A stretch of DNA of 64,000 nucleotides. Source: Balamuthia mandrillaris. Lineage: Eukaryota. Made by a program: the position numbers and the translations under genes. The notes beneath the pieces were generated by a model. It searched no databases. It was not told the origin of the DNA and saw nothing but the letters and a program-made list of their open reading frames with translations. Shown here piece after piece: positions 36,455 through 49,565 of this stretch. The stretch covers positions 248,001-312,000 of the forward strand of contig JAVKOQ020000007.1 of NCBI GenBank assembly GCA_031835245.2, given 5' to 3'. Position 1 is the first letter of the stretch. Every line of letters starts with the position of its first letter.

Positions 36455-37018
36455 TCTCCAGAAAAGACTGAATGTACTATTTTTTGTGTGAAGCTTTACA
36501 AGATAATGAAGCAGCCCTGGTTCCATGGCGATATTTCCGCAGCCAAGGCGGAGGAACGGTTGGGCCATCAACCTGCTGGTTCTTTCCTCATTCGTTTTAG
36601 CTCCAAACCAGGGTTTGTGTTTTTTAACTTGTTCTGCAACAAACAACATTTACTAACTTCTTCCTTATGCTTATCTTCCTTATTGTTGTCCTCTCTTCTC
36701 CACTCCGTCCTTCTCTTCCTCCTGCTTGCCTCTTCCCCAACGAACAGTCATTTCACAATAACGAGCGTCAACAAACGAAAGAAGATCATCCACCAAAGGG
36801 TGGACTACATCCCAGGCCAGTTCTACGTCTTTGGCGACAGCAAATACAAGACGCTGAAGAAGCTGATTCGCATGGAGAGGGACCAATGCTGGTTGAAGCA
36901 GCCTTGTCCCGGCTCCCAATTCGCCACCCTCTTTCCCAAAGACAAACAAGCTCCCAACCAGCCCATGTCTGCTGACTACCTCCTTCCTGCCAGCGGCGGT
37001 GCTGCCAAGGATTCTTAG
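34710..37018 (+). CDS. TKL-group kinase domain + C-terminal SH2 domain (Shk-like); probable pseudokinase (multi-exon)
   Basis: GEGPFAIV, DVAIH, YHSNLKLSN, SDFGL, MAPE, DVYSFG; SH2 WFHGDIS...GSFLIRFSS; first exon ATGAAAG at 34710. Confidence 0.85.
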
Positions 37019-37095
37019 GTTTGGCTTCCGTTTTTTTGTGTCGTATATAAAACTTTTGGTTTTTTTGAAGCTTTTCTTCATTCTTTTCGCAAGTT

Positions 37096-38690
37096 TTATG
37101 TTGAAGGAGGCCTGAAGCCAAGAACGCTCTTCTTCATTTTGGTGTTGGCGCCTGCTCTCGAAGGAGCCAAATAGCCACAAACAAACAGGTCTTCGGTCAC
37201 TTGTTGAAACGTGTCTTGCATTGCGCTCTCTTCTTCCTCTGCTTTAAGCTCCAGTTGTTGTTTTGCTGAGGAGCGAAGGAGAGAACGTTTCTCTTCGGCG
37301 TAGCTGTCGAACCATGCCTTTACGTCTATTGTTCTATCTGCCGCTGTTAGTCCTTCCCAGCTTTTTTTGCCAAAAAGAGAGAAACATTTGTTAAAAAAAG
37401 CGAGGAGCGAAGGACCAGCAGAAGCGGAGCAAAAAGAAGAGGCGTACATGATTGTTTCATCAACAGGATCAGGATGAAGTTGTTGTTTACTCCAAACGCG
37501 ATGTGGCTCTTCCAACATTCCTTCCACCATTGCCTGCTGTTTCACCAGAAGCTTTTTTTTAATGCACGTGTTAAAACAAAGATATGTTGGAAACTGGATC
37601 TAATAGAATAGAAGAAACCAGAACAAGCAAACTAGAAAGATAACCTTTTGCAAAGGAACAGGATCATCGTAGAAAACTATCTCGTGCAAGGGAAACGTGT
37701 GGTAAGGCGGTGCTTGTGTTCTAACAATACAAAAATAAACAAGATTGTACATTGAACGGGAAGAAAAAGTAGAAAAGAGCATACGTGAAGAACTCAGTGA
37801 TAAAATCTATGATGGCATCACGCAGAGGGCTGCCCTTGTTCTGAGAGGCTGCCGCTACAAACGACTTCAGTCGTTCGGAGGAGGTTGCATGCCGCAACTG
37901 TGCCACTGGTCTCCGTTTAGGCTCTGTTCCTGCTGTTTGTGGTTTGTGTTCTCCACTTTTTTAAAATAAAAAAGGAAAGGGTTAGGACCGGGAAAAAGAA
38001 ATAACATAACAGAGCAACAAGCACAAAGGCAAAGAAGTCGTACTCTTTAATAGCCACTTGAACCTTGGTGATAAGTTCGTTGATACGTTGCGAAATGTAT
38101 TGGATTGTGGCGATGTGGTCTTCTTCCTCTTTGCCTTCAACATCATTTTCACTGTTGCTTTGGTGTAGCATCGGAAAGGGTCGAAATGTTGGGATAGAAG
38201 TTGCGTTTCCTACTTCCTTTCCAACTGCTAAAAGGCTTTTCCACTTTTGCAAAAACGTCAGAAGTTGCTCCAAAGCACAGCTCCTATCCCAGAGAACAAG
38301 TTTGAGAAGAGTCGGAAAAAAGAAGACGAACGATAAGCATACTTTATACGTTTGGTGGCAGAACCAAATTCAACGCTTTGCACGAAGTATGGTATAGAAT
38401 GCAGCTGTACGTTTTCTTGCCTCCTTGATGCTAAACTTTGTGGCTGCATCATCAATAACTCATAAACGCGAAGCAAGAAGGAGAAACAAGTTTCTCCTTC
38501 TGTATGTTGATGTTGGTTCAACATGGAAGAGGATGCTGAGGTCGTTAAAGAGGAGGTGAAAGAGGAGAGGAAGGAATGAGCGCATTCAAAGAGGGTGAGC
38601 GTGTTGTCGTTGTATCGTTGCAGTTGCTTCAACCAAGCAACCATTTGTTGAATTAATGTAGAAGTATCTAAACAAGTTCAAAGATAATGG

Positions 38691-38734
<44 letters not shown>

Positions 38735-40928
38735 CAAAAAAATAACACTACCATCAGAAGAAAGTGGCTCCTTTACTTTCAGTCTGTTGGGAAGGGAACT
38801 GTTAGCGCAGTATAAAGAATTGAAAAAGAAAAGAAGAGGTTGCCTTTGTACGGAAGGAAGGCTAAGAACGTAATCCAAATGAACTCGGTCCAAACATTTG
38901 GAAAATCTAGCTTCTAACGAAGCTCCCTCACTGTCATCGCTGCTCTCCATTTCTTCTCCCAAGCACAGAAAATATAACGGGTTCGTTCGGGAATGTTCCA
39001 TCAATGCATGCTGCCAAAAGTATTGAAGACATATGCATGAAAAACAGAAAACATACAATAGCAAGGAGCAAAAAAGAAAGAAGGAAGATGGAGCAAACCC
39101 GAAGATTAGTAGTAAATGAAGTGATGGACTTGCGCCATTGATGAAAGTGGTCAAATAGCGCGGACAATACATTGCCACCCAAGACCACTCCTCCCAACTT
39201 TCGTTTTATGAGTAACTGTTTTTTTTTTTGCAAAGTTAACAAAGAAATATGTAAAAAAGAACAAAAGAAGAATAAATATAAGGACCTCATAGACAATCCG
39301 TTCTATGCATTTGTTGGCAGAGAGAAGATCAAACTTTTTGGCTCGAAGCCGGCGAAGAGCAGCATGGTTCAAGTTGTAAAGAGCGTCCGCGGTGGCCAAA
39401 CCCAAAACTAACGTTATCGGCAACGCCTCACGGTATTGACTTTTGAATTGTTGCTATCGTTAAAGGGAGAAGAAACAGAAGAAGAGGAGAAGAAGAAGAA
39501 GAAGAAGAAGAAGAAGAAGAAGAAGAAAAACAAGAAAGAAAGACCAAAGGAAGAACAAGCAGAACAAGAAAAAACCTGATGATAGCAATGAGGTCATGCA
39601 ACACATTTTCATCAAAAGATTCAAAGTCTTCGATGATAACCACCAAACAAGGGTTACGTTGAGAAGACGCTTTCACAGTTGAATCTTGTTGCTGTTGCTT
39701 GGAGGATGCTTCTTCTCCTTTGTGATCGCGGTGTTCTCTCCATTCCCCGCGTTGATACCATTGCTGAAGTCCTTTCATTGAAACCTTTTTGTTCGTTATT
39801 CAGTTTTAGCAACATAAAACAACCAAAGTCACGAACTCGCAAACCATAAACGCTTGGACGGTGTTTGCATTCAGTTGACGAAACTGGGCCACCATTTGCT
39901 TGATGGTTTTTTTCAATGACGGGCATGTTTCCGCTCTTAGTCTAGCCACTAAATGTGAACAAGAAGAAGAAGAAGAAGAAGAAGAAGAAGAAGAAGAAGA
40001 AGAAGAACACGAAGAAAGAGAAGGAGGATGTTCTAAACTGTCGGATAATTGACGCCATAGCGTTTCGTGTTCAGAGACGTGAACGCCTATGAAGAGCAAT
40101 GCAGTAGGGACCTCCAGTTGACGAGCAAAGCGGTGTTGTTGAAAACACGCACCATAGGAGAGAGGACCTTGTTCATTGACAAAGTGATACAAATCGGACG
40201 CTAAGCTTTGGTTGAGCGCGGACAGAACGCCCTGGTTGGAGACAAACAGAAAGGTAAGAGCAAAGAAGATACAGCCAAAGAAGGAGAAGCACAAGCACAC
40301 ACACAAGAACAAGAACAATAAGAAGGACAAGGCATTCAACCTCAACACTGGCATGCAATTCCTCAACCCAACGGTGGTAGTTCCTCATCCTACAAATGGC
40401 GTGCTCCTCTTTCTCGTTCCTCAAAGCCCTAAAGAAGTGTTGCGGTTGCTGTCGTTTTTCCTTCAAAGGAGAGGAGAGGGACGACGAGGACCGACGAGTG
40501 CTTGCGCCGCTCCCTGGCGGTAAATAATCCAAGCCTTTCATCTTTCTTGAGACCCCAAAATTCGGTTTGTGGGCGTTGTCAGAATGCCTGCTGTGGTGAG
40601 ACTTTTTCAGCTTTTCAGGCCCATCTTTCGGTCTTCGTGGATGTTGTAATATTTTGGCAGCGGCATTTGCTTCTTGTGCTTGTTCTTGTTGTTGTTGTTG
40701 TTGATTCTCTTTTTCTTCTGTTGGTTTGCTATGCATCGTTTCTTCTTCTGTCGTTGCGCTGCCGACCTTTTTTTCTCGTGATTGTTCTAACGGAGTTGTT
40801 TTCCTTTGACGCTTTGTCCTCCTGGCCACCCGCTTCTTGGTTGCAATGGAAGAAGAAGTAGCAGAAGTAGCAGCATAAGAAGAAGAAGGCATCGCTGTCG
40901 CATTGCTTGAAGAATCGTTGTCGTCCAT
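37096..40928 (-). CDS. ORC3: Origin recognition complex subunit 3 (multi-exon)
   Basis: VPTALLFIG, LVVIIEDFESFDENVLHDLI, PITLVLGLAT, HSRTNPL, FPLHEIVF, and a winged-helix-like C-terminus FQQVTEDLFVCGYL. Confidence 0.8.
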
Positions 40929-41206
40929 TTTTTTTTGGGTTCTTCCTCACTTCTTTTTTTTTTTTCCTGTGCGGCGAAGTTTACCCATATAAAAAGGCGG
41001 GAATCAACGAAATTTCTGTACGCACATGTCATCCATCACTATATATAGATTGGAATGACGTGTCCCACAAGAGAGAAGAGAGAGAGAGAGAGAGAGCGCG
41101 CGCCACGAAAGAAAGAAACAACGAGAATGGAAGAAACAAAGAAAGTAAAGAACACCAAGACAAATATGTTTTTTTGTTTAAAAAAAGAGAGCAGTAGCAA
41201 TTACAC

Positions 41207-41659
41207 CTACAAGTTAAAGTCAGAAGCGGTGGCTCTGGATTGTTGCTTCCTCACAGCCACATAGTTCTTCATCTTCTCCTGGAACTTGGCCAGCTTGCTG
41301 GGCTTCTTGTCCTTTTTCTTGGACTTCTTCAACCACTTGTGGTTCAAGGCGTCCTTGGCCGTCATCCTCTTCTCCACATCCACCACCAACAACTTATTGA
41401 TAAAGTCCTTTGCTGTTTATTTTTTGAGACAAATTAGTTTAAAATAAAAGAAGAGAAAGAACAAGAAGAGAGGAAAAACAAAACCGAAAAGGCTATGACG
41501 AAAGAGTACAAAGAAGAGAGGGAAGAAAAAATAAGAACCTTCATCAGAGATTTCATCCCAGTACTCCTCAGGATAGTCATACTCTGCCTTCATGATCTGT
41601 TCAAAAACTTCAGGAACGCTCTCCGAATAGAAAGGAGGGAACCCACAAAGCCTATATTT

Positions 41660-41693
<34 letters not shown>

Positions 41694-41883
41694 CGAGCAA
41701 AACGACAGTAAGAAAAAAAAAGACAAAAGCAGAGAACAAAATGCTGAGAGAGAGAGAGAGAGAGAGAGAGCGAAGAGGAATGAAAGAAGGGAGAACAAAC
41801 AAAATATAAGTGATAACGCCAATGCTCCACAGGTCAACTTCATGACCATAACCCTCGGCGGTAAGTACTTCAGGGGCTGGATA

Positions 41884-41937
<54 letters not shown>

Positions 41938-43185
41938 TGAATAAAAGATAATAAGCAGGAAAAGATGAGGGACAAAAAGTTAGCTCATTAGAAGCTAGCG
42001 TACCAACGTAACCAGGGGTACCGCAGGCGGTTTGCATCATCTTGTCTTGATCAATGATTTTGGAAAGTCCAAAGTCAGCAATCTTTACCTCTGTGTCGTC
42101 TTCGATGCTCTTGACCAACAAGTTCTCTGGCTACAATAAAAGGGAAATTAGTTTCGTTCCTTCATCCATAGTTTTGTTTTTGCGTTTGTTTCGCGTTCTT
42201 TCTTCTTTCTCTCCTCTCTCTCTCTCTCTCCCTAAGCATTTTGCTCTATGCTTTTGTCTTTTTTTCTTGCCATTTCGGCAAACAAAAGAGAAATAGAAAA
42301 ATACCTTGAGGTCACGGTGAGCAATGCCCTTGTCGTGGAGATACTCAATGGCGCTAACGATCTTCTTGACGAGGATCTTGGCGTCCTCCTCTGTGTAAGA
42401 TCCCTTCTCGACGATACGATCGAAGAGCTCTCCCCCCGTCACAAGTTCCATTACAAAGTACAGCCTGTCGCCGGCCTCCACCATCTCGTTGAGTGCGATG
42501 ATGTTGGGGTGGTGCACCTTCTTCAGGATCTCCATTTCCATCTTGAGATTCTTCTCATAGTCGGCGCCCACGTTCCTGCGGTCGATGATTTTGATGGCCA
42601 CCTTATCCTTCGTCTTTTTGTTGATGCCGAGTTTGACCACCGAAAAGGCCCCACTATGAAAAGAAGAATAGGAAAGGAAGAACGAAAAAGAAGCACAGCA
42701 AGCAAGGAGAAGGTAGGGAAAGAGAGAGAAAAAATAGGGTTGTTAGTTTCATCTGCTATGATTAATTTTGCATTTGGGGAAAAGTAGCAGACTAGAAAGG
42801 GAGTGTGTTTCGGTGGTAATTGATTTTTTTTTTTTTGTAAAAAAAACCGCACACAAAGAAAAGGATGACAAAGATCAAAAAAATTCTGAAGGCAAAGAAA
42901 ACCACAACACGAGACGAAGGGCGAAACTCTTCTGCAAAAGATCCACAAAAGAGCAACCAATCAAACAAAAAAATAAGAGGGGAGAACAAAGACAAAGAAT
43001 TGAAGGGAAAAAAAAGCGAATGAAGCGCATCGAAGTAAAACCCAGACAAATAAAAAAAATTATTGCTCCTTATTATGTTTTGGCAAAACCAGGAAAAACG
43101 AAAAAAAAAAAAAAAAAAGAAACCCAACGCACCGGCCAAGCTCATCTTTCACCTCATACTTCTTGGTCAGTTCGTCCGCCTCCAT
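41207..43185 (-). CDS. mlkA: CaMK-family myosin light chain kinase A-like kinase (multi-exon)
   Basis: MEADELTKKYEVKDELGR|GAFSVV, DYEKNLKMEMEILKKVHHPNIIAL, MELVTGGELFDRIVEKGSY, HRDLKPEN, MQTACGTPGY; closely resembles Dictyostelium MLCK-A as recalled. Confidence 0.85.
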
Positions 43186-43460
43186 TTCTGCGTGGTTCGT
43201 TTTTTATTTATTTTTCCTTTCCCAAAGTTTCTTTTTTTTCAAACAAACAAAAGAAAAAAAGCAAACTGAGCACAAATTTTACTGTTTTAACTTTCTTATT
43301 AAACCATTCCTTTTTTAGTAAATTTTCTGAGATCATACTTTCTTTAAAAAGAAAATTTTCGTACTCCGGCCACGTAGATTGGCTGGCGGAGTTTGCTTAT
43401 CAGATCTACTGAAAAAAAAAATACTGAAGATAAAGTAAGTGAAAACCATTGTCACTCCTG

Positions 43461-43554
43461 GGGGTGCACCTGCCGGAGCACCCCACCATGCACAACAGCA
43501 CTTCCTTTCGGACCGCAGGAGTTGCTGCTCGTACGAACATGTTGCCCAGTCAGG
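43461..43554 (+). pseudogene. Orphan 94-bp fragment of the receptor-kinase ectodomain exon
   Basis: Aligns without gaps to 60294-60387 with 8 mismatches by manual count. Confidence 0.85.
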
Positions 43555-43864
43555 CTGCCATTGAACTCCTTCGTTATAAGTACACACGAAAAAAACTTGT
43601 TGTTATAACAAACGAAACAAAGGAGAAAGCTCTAAAGTGGTCTGCTCGATGGCCAAAAACCAAAGCAGCGAGCCCCCATGACGCTCGTCGTTCTGTTGTT
43701 GTGGTATTTGTGGCCAGTTTTTTTTTTAGCCCGCCACCGCATTTCGTAGGGGCAAGTTCGGATAGGTTAGGGTTTGAAGCTGTCCTAAGGTTAGGGCAAG
43801 CGGTAGCCCCCTTTTTTGGCGCCCCACTACGTAGAACACACAGACACACACAGACACAACGACC

Positions 43865-44903
43865 ATGCTCTCCACCACTCGCGCTGCTGCTTTGAGGTCC
43901 TCCTCCGCCCTTGTTTCTGGCGTTGGTATGTGAGAACAACACACACAAGTTCATGGAAGAGAGAGAGAGAGAGATTGATTGATTGATTATCTCACCAAAA
44001 ACAACTATACCCATCAACAAAAAAAAAAAAAATAACATCATTTTTGGTTTGCATGTCGTCGGTTCACCCGGACCAACCCCAGCTCGCCCTTCGCTCTACG
44101 CTCGTTCCTATGCCGTGGGCCAAAACCTTTTGGAAGGCAAGGCCAACCTCAAGGATGATTCTGGAAAGGACATTTCCCTCCAAGACCTCTTCAAGGGCAA
44201 GAAGGTCCTCTCTCTCTCCACAAACTTTTTGCACTTTGTGCTTCAAGCAACCTGCTCACGCTCAAAGTGTCTTGCTTCGCTCAGGTTGTTATCTTTGGCC
44301 TTCCTGGTGCTTACACCCCTGTTTGCACTACCAGACACGTACCACGCTCCCCACTTTTTTTTTTCGCTGCTTGCATCTTATTTTCTCACACTATGATGGC
44401 CTGCAGGTGCCTTTGTATGTGGAGAAGGCGCCTCAGTTCAAGGCTAAGGGCGTTGACACCATCGCTTGCGTGTACGTTCTTCTTTTTTTTGCCAGTTTCT
44501 CTTCTTTTTCGCTCTGCTCACTCTCGTTTCGCTATTCTCTCGTCTTGTTTCTTCTCTCTCCTCTCTCTTTCCTCTCGTCTTTCGTCTTTTCTCTCTCTTA
44601 TCTCGTCCCTCCATTACCACCCATTCAGGTCTGTGAACGATCCTTTCGTGATGAAGGCATGGGGCGAGAGCCTGAAGGCCGGGGAGGCCGTCAAGATGTT
44701 GGCCGACTGGGATGGCTCCTTCACCAAGCTCGTCGAGAAGGAGCTCGACCTCAGCGCCGCCGGCCTCGGCAAGCGCTGCAAGCGTTACGCCCTCGTTGTG
44801 GACAACGGCAAGATCGTCAAGGAGAACGTGGAGAATGCCCCCAACGAGTACGCTTCTTTCATCTTCCAGCAATGCTTTCCCTTCCTTCTTGCATCAACTA
44901 ACA

Positions 44904-44945
<42 letters not shown>

Positions 44946-45004
44946 CAAAAAAAACAACCAGCCTCACCATCACCGCCCCTGACCACGTCCTCTCCCAGCT
45001 GTAA
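43865..45004 (+). CDS. PRDX5: Peroxiredoxin-5 (type II) with probable mitochondrial presequence (6 exons)
   Basis: KGKK|VVIFGLPGAYTPVCTTRH|VP, CV|SVNDPFVMKAWG, RCKRYALVVDNG. Confidence 0.92.
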
Positions 45005-45325
45005 AAATGAGAGGGCTTCCCCTTCCAATTTCTCCGATAGGGGAAATAAAAATCCCCGATTCTGTTTCCATTGGCTGAATCTACCCGATCGGCATTTTAA
45101 ATATTGAATTTGCACCAATAACCTTTCAAACAGAAAGCAAAAAAAAGAAGATCATTTATTGTTAGGGGAGGAAAAAATCCAAAGAAGAAAGGAGCGGGTG
45201 AACTGGAACACCGACAACCAAGAAGGCGAAGGGTTTCTCAGAAGAAACCACTTGGTAAGCCTCGGGGGCGGGGGAAAAAAAAAAAGGGTGGCTCACCTCA
45301 GCTCGGTTTGTTGGCCACAAACAGT

Positions 45326-47083
45326 ATGAAGACCGCGCGGAGCAACACCATCGACCCCACGCTGCTATTCAAAGTGGTCGCTGAGGTTGGAAGAGGGTGG
45401 GTGTCTCTCCAGTGTGTTTTTGTAAAGCAACAAGGATTAGAATCGATGGAAAGCACTGTTGTTAACGCCCATTTCTATTTTATAGTGCCTATGGAAGTGT
45501 TTTCAAGGCCATCAACCAGGAGACAGGCGACACTGTGGCGCTGAAACTGATCTCTCTGGAAGAGTCCGATGAAACCGCGCTGGAAGACCTGATGAGGGAA
45601 ATAATGATCCTGAAGAGCGCCAAAGATTGTCCTTACCTCCCTCGTTACTTTGGCACTTTCAAAAAGGACTCTCAGATTTGGGTTCGTTTGGAAGACTCCC
45701 TGTCTTTTTGTCTCCTTCTCATTTTCTTCATCATTTTTTATTCTCTGCATCTCTTCTCCTCTCTTTCGTTTTTCTTCTTTTTCTTCGTCTTCTTCTTCAC
45801 TCTCTCTCTTTCGTCTCCTCAGACCACCTCATCATCTTCTTTTCCACTCCGAACACCAACAATAATAAAACTAAAGATCTCAATGGAATACTGCGAAGCC
45901 GGCTCACTGCACTCCGTGATGGAGAACCTGCAGCAACCGCTCACCGAGCCCCAAATCGCGGCTGTCCTCCAGCAAACCCTTCAGGCCCTGCTCTTCCTGC
46001 ACCGCTCCAAGACCATCCACCGCGACATCAAGGCGGCCAATGTACTGCTGACCGCTCGTGGGGAGGCCAAGCTGGCCGACTTTGGCGTGAGCACTCGCCT
46101 GGAGAGAACGCTGGACAAGAAGAGGACGGCCATAGGGAGCCCTTACTGGATGGCTCCTGAGCTCATCCTGGAACAGCCCTACGACTCCAGCGTGGACGTG
46201 TGGTCCTTGGGAGTGACCGCCATCGAGCTGGCGGAGGGCAGGCCGCCTTACTACACACACGTCCCCATGAGCGCACTCTTCATGATTGCCTCGGATGATA
46301 ACCCACCACCGGGGTTGAAGGAGGCCGGGGATGGAAAGAAGGGGAAGTGGTCTGAGGAGTTTCATCATTTCTTGTCGCTGTGCTTGGTGAGAGAGCCGTC
46401 GAAGCGAGCGACTGCTGCGCAGCTTTTACAGGTACGTTTTTTTTTTTTTTTGGTTTTGCGTTAGACGTGTTATAAAAATGCACATGTTGACTGGTTGTTT
46501 TGTGATATTTACAGCATGAGTTTGTAACGGGCGTGACAAACGCAAAAGCTATACTAACAGAATTGGCGGAAAGTGCAATGGAAGCCGCTAATGTAGTTCA
46601 AAAACAGGTTTTTTTTCCGTCCCGTTTTTCTTCTTTGTTTCTTGTTATCTTCGCTTCATCATTCTGACAGTTTGTTTTCTTTAACGAAAGAAAAAAGGCA
46701 AAGACTTTTATGCCCTGCTTGATGCTGAAGTTCAGGAAAGTGCGTCCTCCAATGGCACTCCTTCTGGGACCGATAGCTATAGCTCTTCATCTGCTTCTTC
46801 CGTACCAACTGTTCACGCTCAATCTGTGTTTGACGCAGACGATGGTTCCGTCTTTTGTTCCTTTCTCTTTTCCCGTTCTTGCATTTCCCTCCTGCTTCCA
46901 AACGAACTTATGTTTTTCTTTAAAAAAAAACAATAGGATTTCTTCCAGATTTTATCGGCTCGTTGAAAGCGAAACTCAAGAGCTGCTGTTTTGCGAAACT
47001 GACAACGCCCGACTTCGTGCCGACGCCTCAATGTTCTGCTCCAGGTGGCGAACCTACTGACCTCATGATTGACTTTTTGGTTT

Positions 47084-47119
<36 letters not shown>

Positions 47120-49395
47120 CCTCCCTCGCGTTCTTTTGTTGTTCTTTTGTAATGCATCGTGATAACGAAAAATATTTCAGGTTTTGTTGGTTGTTTTGAA
47201 GATGAGTCACAATCTTTACGGTGTCACTGTTCAAGACCACAAACGACGCCTCAAAACATATCCCAACTCGTTCATCGGTATTACTTCTTTCTGTCTTTAC
47301 TTTGCTTTTTCTTTTCTTTCTGTCATTCCTTTTTCCTTTCTTTTTTGTTTTCGTTTCCGTCACCGTTTTTGTTTTCGTTTTAATTGCTTTTCCAACAGCA
47401 AAAGAAGCGGTGGATTGGTTGTATACCAACTTGGAACTAGAGAGCAGGCAAAAGGCAGTCTATTTGGCCAACGCCATTTTCAATGGCAACCTCATCCTCT
47501 CTCTCCAGGGCAAGAAAGCCTTTGAGGACACAGATCGCCACTTTTATCGCTTCAACTACGAACTCATCCACCAGTGGGATCGTATCTATCAAGAGGAGAA
47601 AGCAAAGAGAAGTCAGTCCATTTCAGCAAATGATGACGATAACCATAACAACAAACACAACCACGAAGCCATAGGTGTCGCTGATGTTCCTCCTCCAAGC
47701 CCTCCTTCCACCCTTTCTGCATCATCTCCCTCTTCTTCGGTAACCGATCTTCTTTCTTCTACCGGTGAAATGGGCATGACGGCGAGAGACTGGCAACTTT
47801 TGTTGACAGGAGCAAAGCTTGTCACCTTTAAGAAAGGCGAAATCATACTCAAGGAAGGTGACCAAAACGACAGTTTATACAGAGTTAAATCGGGACGTTT
47901 ACGTGTGGAAAAGGCCATCAACGCGAGCAAAAATAAAGCAGACGACGAAGAAACTAGCAAGCTGTTAACGTTGTTGGGACCTGAAAGAATCTTTGGAGAG
48001 ATGTCCGTCATTCGAAGATTGGCTGGAGCAACTGCAACAGTTCGTGCAGATGTGGACTCGGAGCTACACGTGATAGAGTGCGAGTGGATGAAGAAGTTGT
48101 TCTTGACGGAACCTGGCCTCAGCAAGAGAGTCTATTACTGTGTGTGCCTTCGTTTGGCTAATCGACTGCGTCAACTTCCGCTTACGTCTACTTCTTCCTT
48201 TGCGGAAGAGATGGGAGATGAGATAACAGAGTCTGGGAGAGTGAGGGCGGTGAGAGAGAACGAAGATGAGAAAGAGACGAATGATAGAAAGTTTCGTCGT
48301 CGATTTGGTCTCACGAACCAAGAAGAGGTAGTCATCAAAGGTTTGTTTTTCTTCCTTTGTTCTATCCCTTTCTCCCTCTCATCCCTTTCTCTCAAATGCA
48401 AATAGAGTATCCTTGCTGTATGAAACGAGTGATCGTTTATCACGGTCAACTTTTTATCTCTTCCCAGCATTTGTGCTTCTTCTCTTCTGTATTTGGTCAC
48501 AGAAAATCGGTAACTTCCTTCCTGTTCCTTATGCTTTCTTTATTAGCCTTTGTTTCTAATTTTAAAACAGGTAGTTATACCTTTCCGCGATATCAAAGCA
48601 GTGGAAGCAACCTCTCGCGAGATCATTATCAGCACCAACAAGAAAAAGAGCATAAGCTTCCGCCCTGGGCCACCAAGTTCCGTTACCAAAGAGGCTTACT
48701 CCATCATTCACGAACTTTGGTCCAGACTTTCTCCTTTCAGCGAAAGCAACAGCTCTTCTTCCATTCAACGTAAATCTTCTTCTCAACTCGGACTCAAACG
48801 AATGGACTCGGAATATGGAGAAAAAGAAGAAGGAAACATTTTGACAAAGGAAGATTGGGACTTGTTGTTGGGAGGATTTATGGGGGTGCGCTTGGAGACG
48901 TATCATAAGGATCAAGTCATCATGAAGGAGGGTCATTCCTATCAACGCATCTTCCAAATAGCTCGCGGCACATGTCGCATTGAACGACAAAAGACACAAC
49001 AACAACCGGAAGAAAGCGAGAAGAAGAAAAAGAAAGACAATAGCAATAACGGCAAAGAATCGAAGGTGGCGTTGTTGGGAAAGATGAGAGCGGGAGAGAT
49101 GTTTGGGGAGATAAGTTTCTTGGAACAAGGAACTGCTTCAGCATCGGTTATTGCAGATGAGAATCCTGTTCAACTTTATGTAATCGAAGGATACTTTCTT
49201 CACGTGCTCTTCACAAGGAAACCAGCTTTGGCGGGAAGGTTCTATCATCACTTGGCTTCAGAGATGGCGCTTCGTCTTACAAAGAGAGAGCACAGACTTT
49301 ATAAAAGAGGCGGGAGAAGAAGAGAAGAAGGAGAAGGAAGAGGAAGAAGAATTGCGCTCGATGGCGATGACCAACAATCTTCGCACTTTCTTTAA
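45326..49395 (+). CDS. STE20-family kinase + DEP + cNMP-binding + GRAM + cNMP-binding domains (multi-exon)
   Basis: GRG|AYGSV, HRDIKAAN, DFG, IGSPYWMAPE; DEP (HKRRLKTYPNSFI|AKEAVDWL...FYRF); two CAP-like domains (FGEMS, FGEISF) flanking a GRAM domain (HGQLFISSQHLCFFS..VIPFRDI). Confidence 0.82.
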
Positions 49396-49565
49396 CTAGC
49401 TCTCTCTCTCTCTCTCTCGTCAAATGTACATTTCACTTATAACAAAGGAACACCACTTTAAAGTTTCGTGTGTTTGGCCCTAGGCCAACCGTTATCTCGT
49501 GCAGAGCGTCAAGTTTACCAAAAGGAAGAGCCGGAGGAAGAAGTAGAACAATCGTTTGTCTCTGT

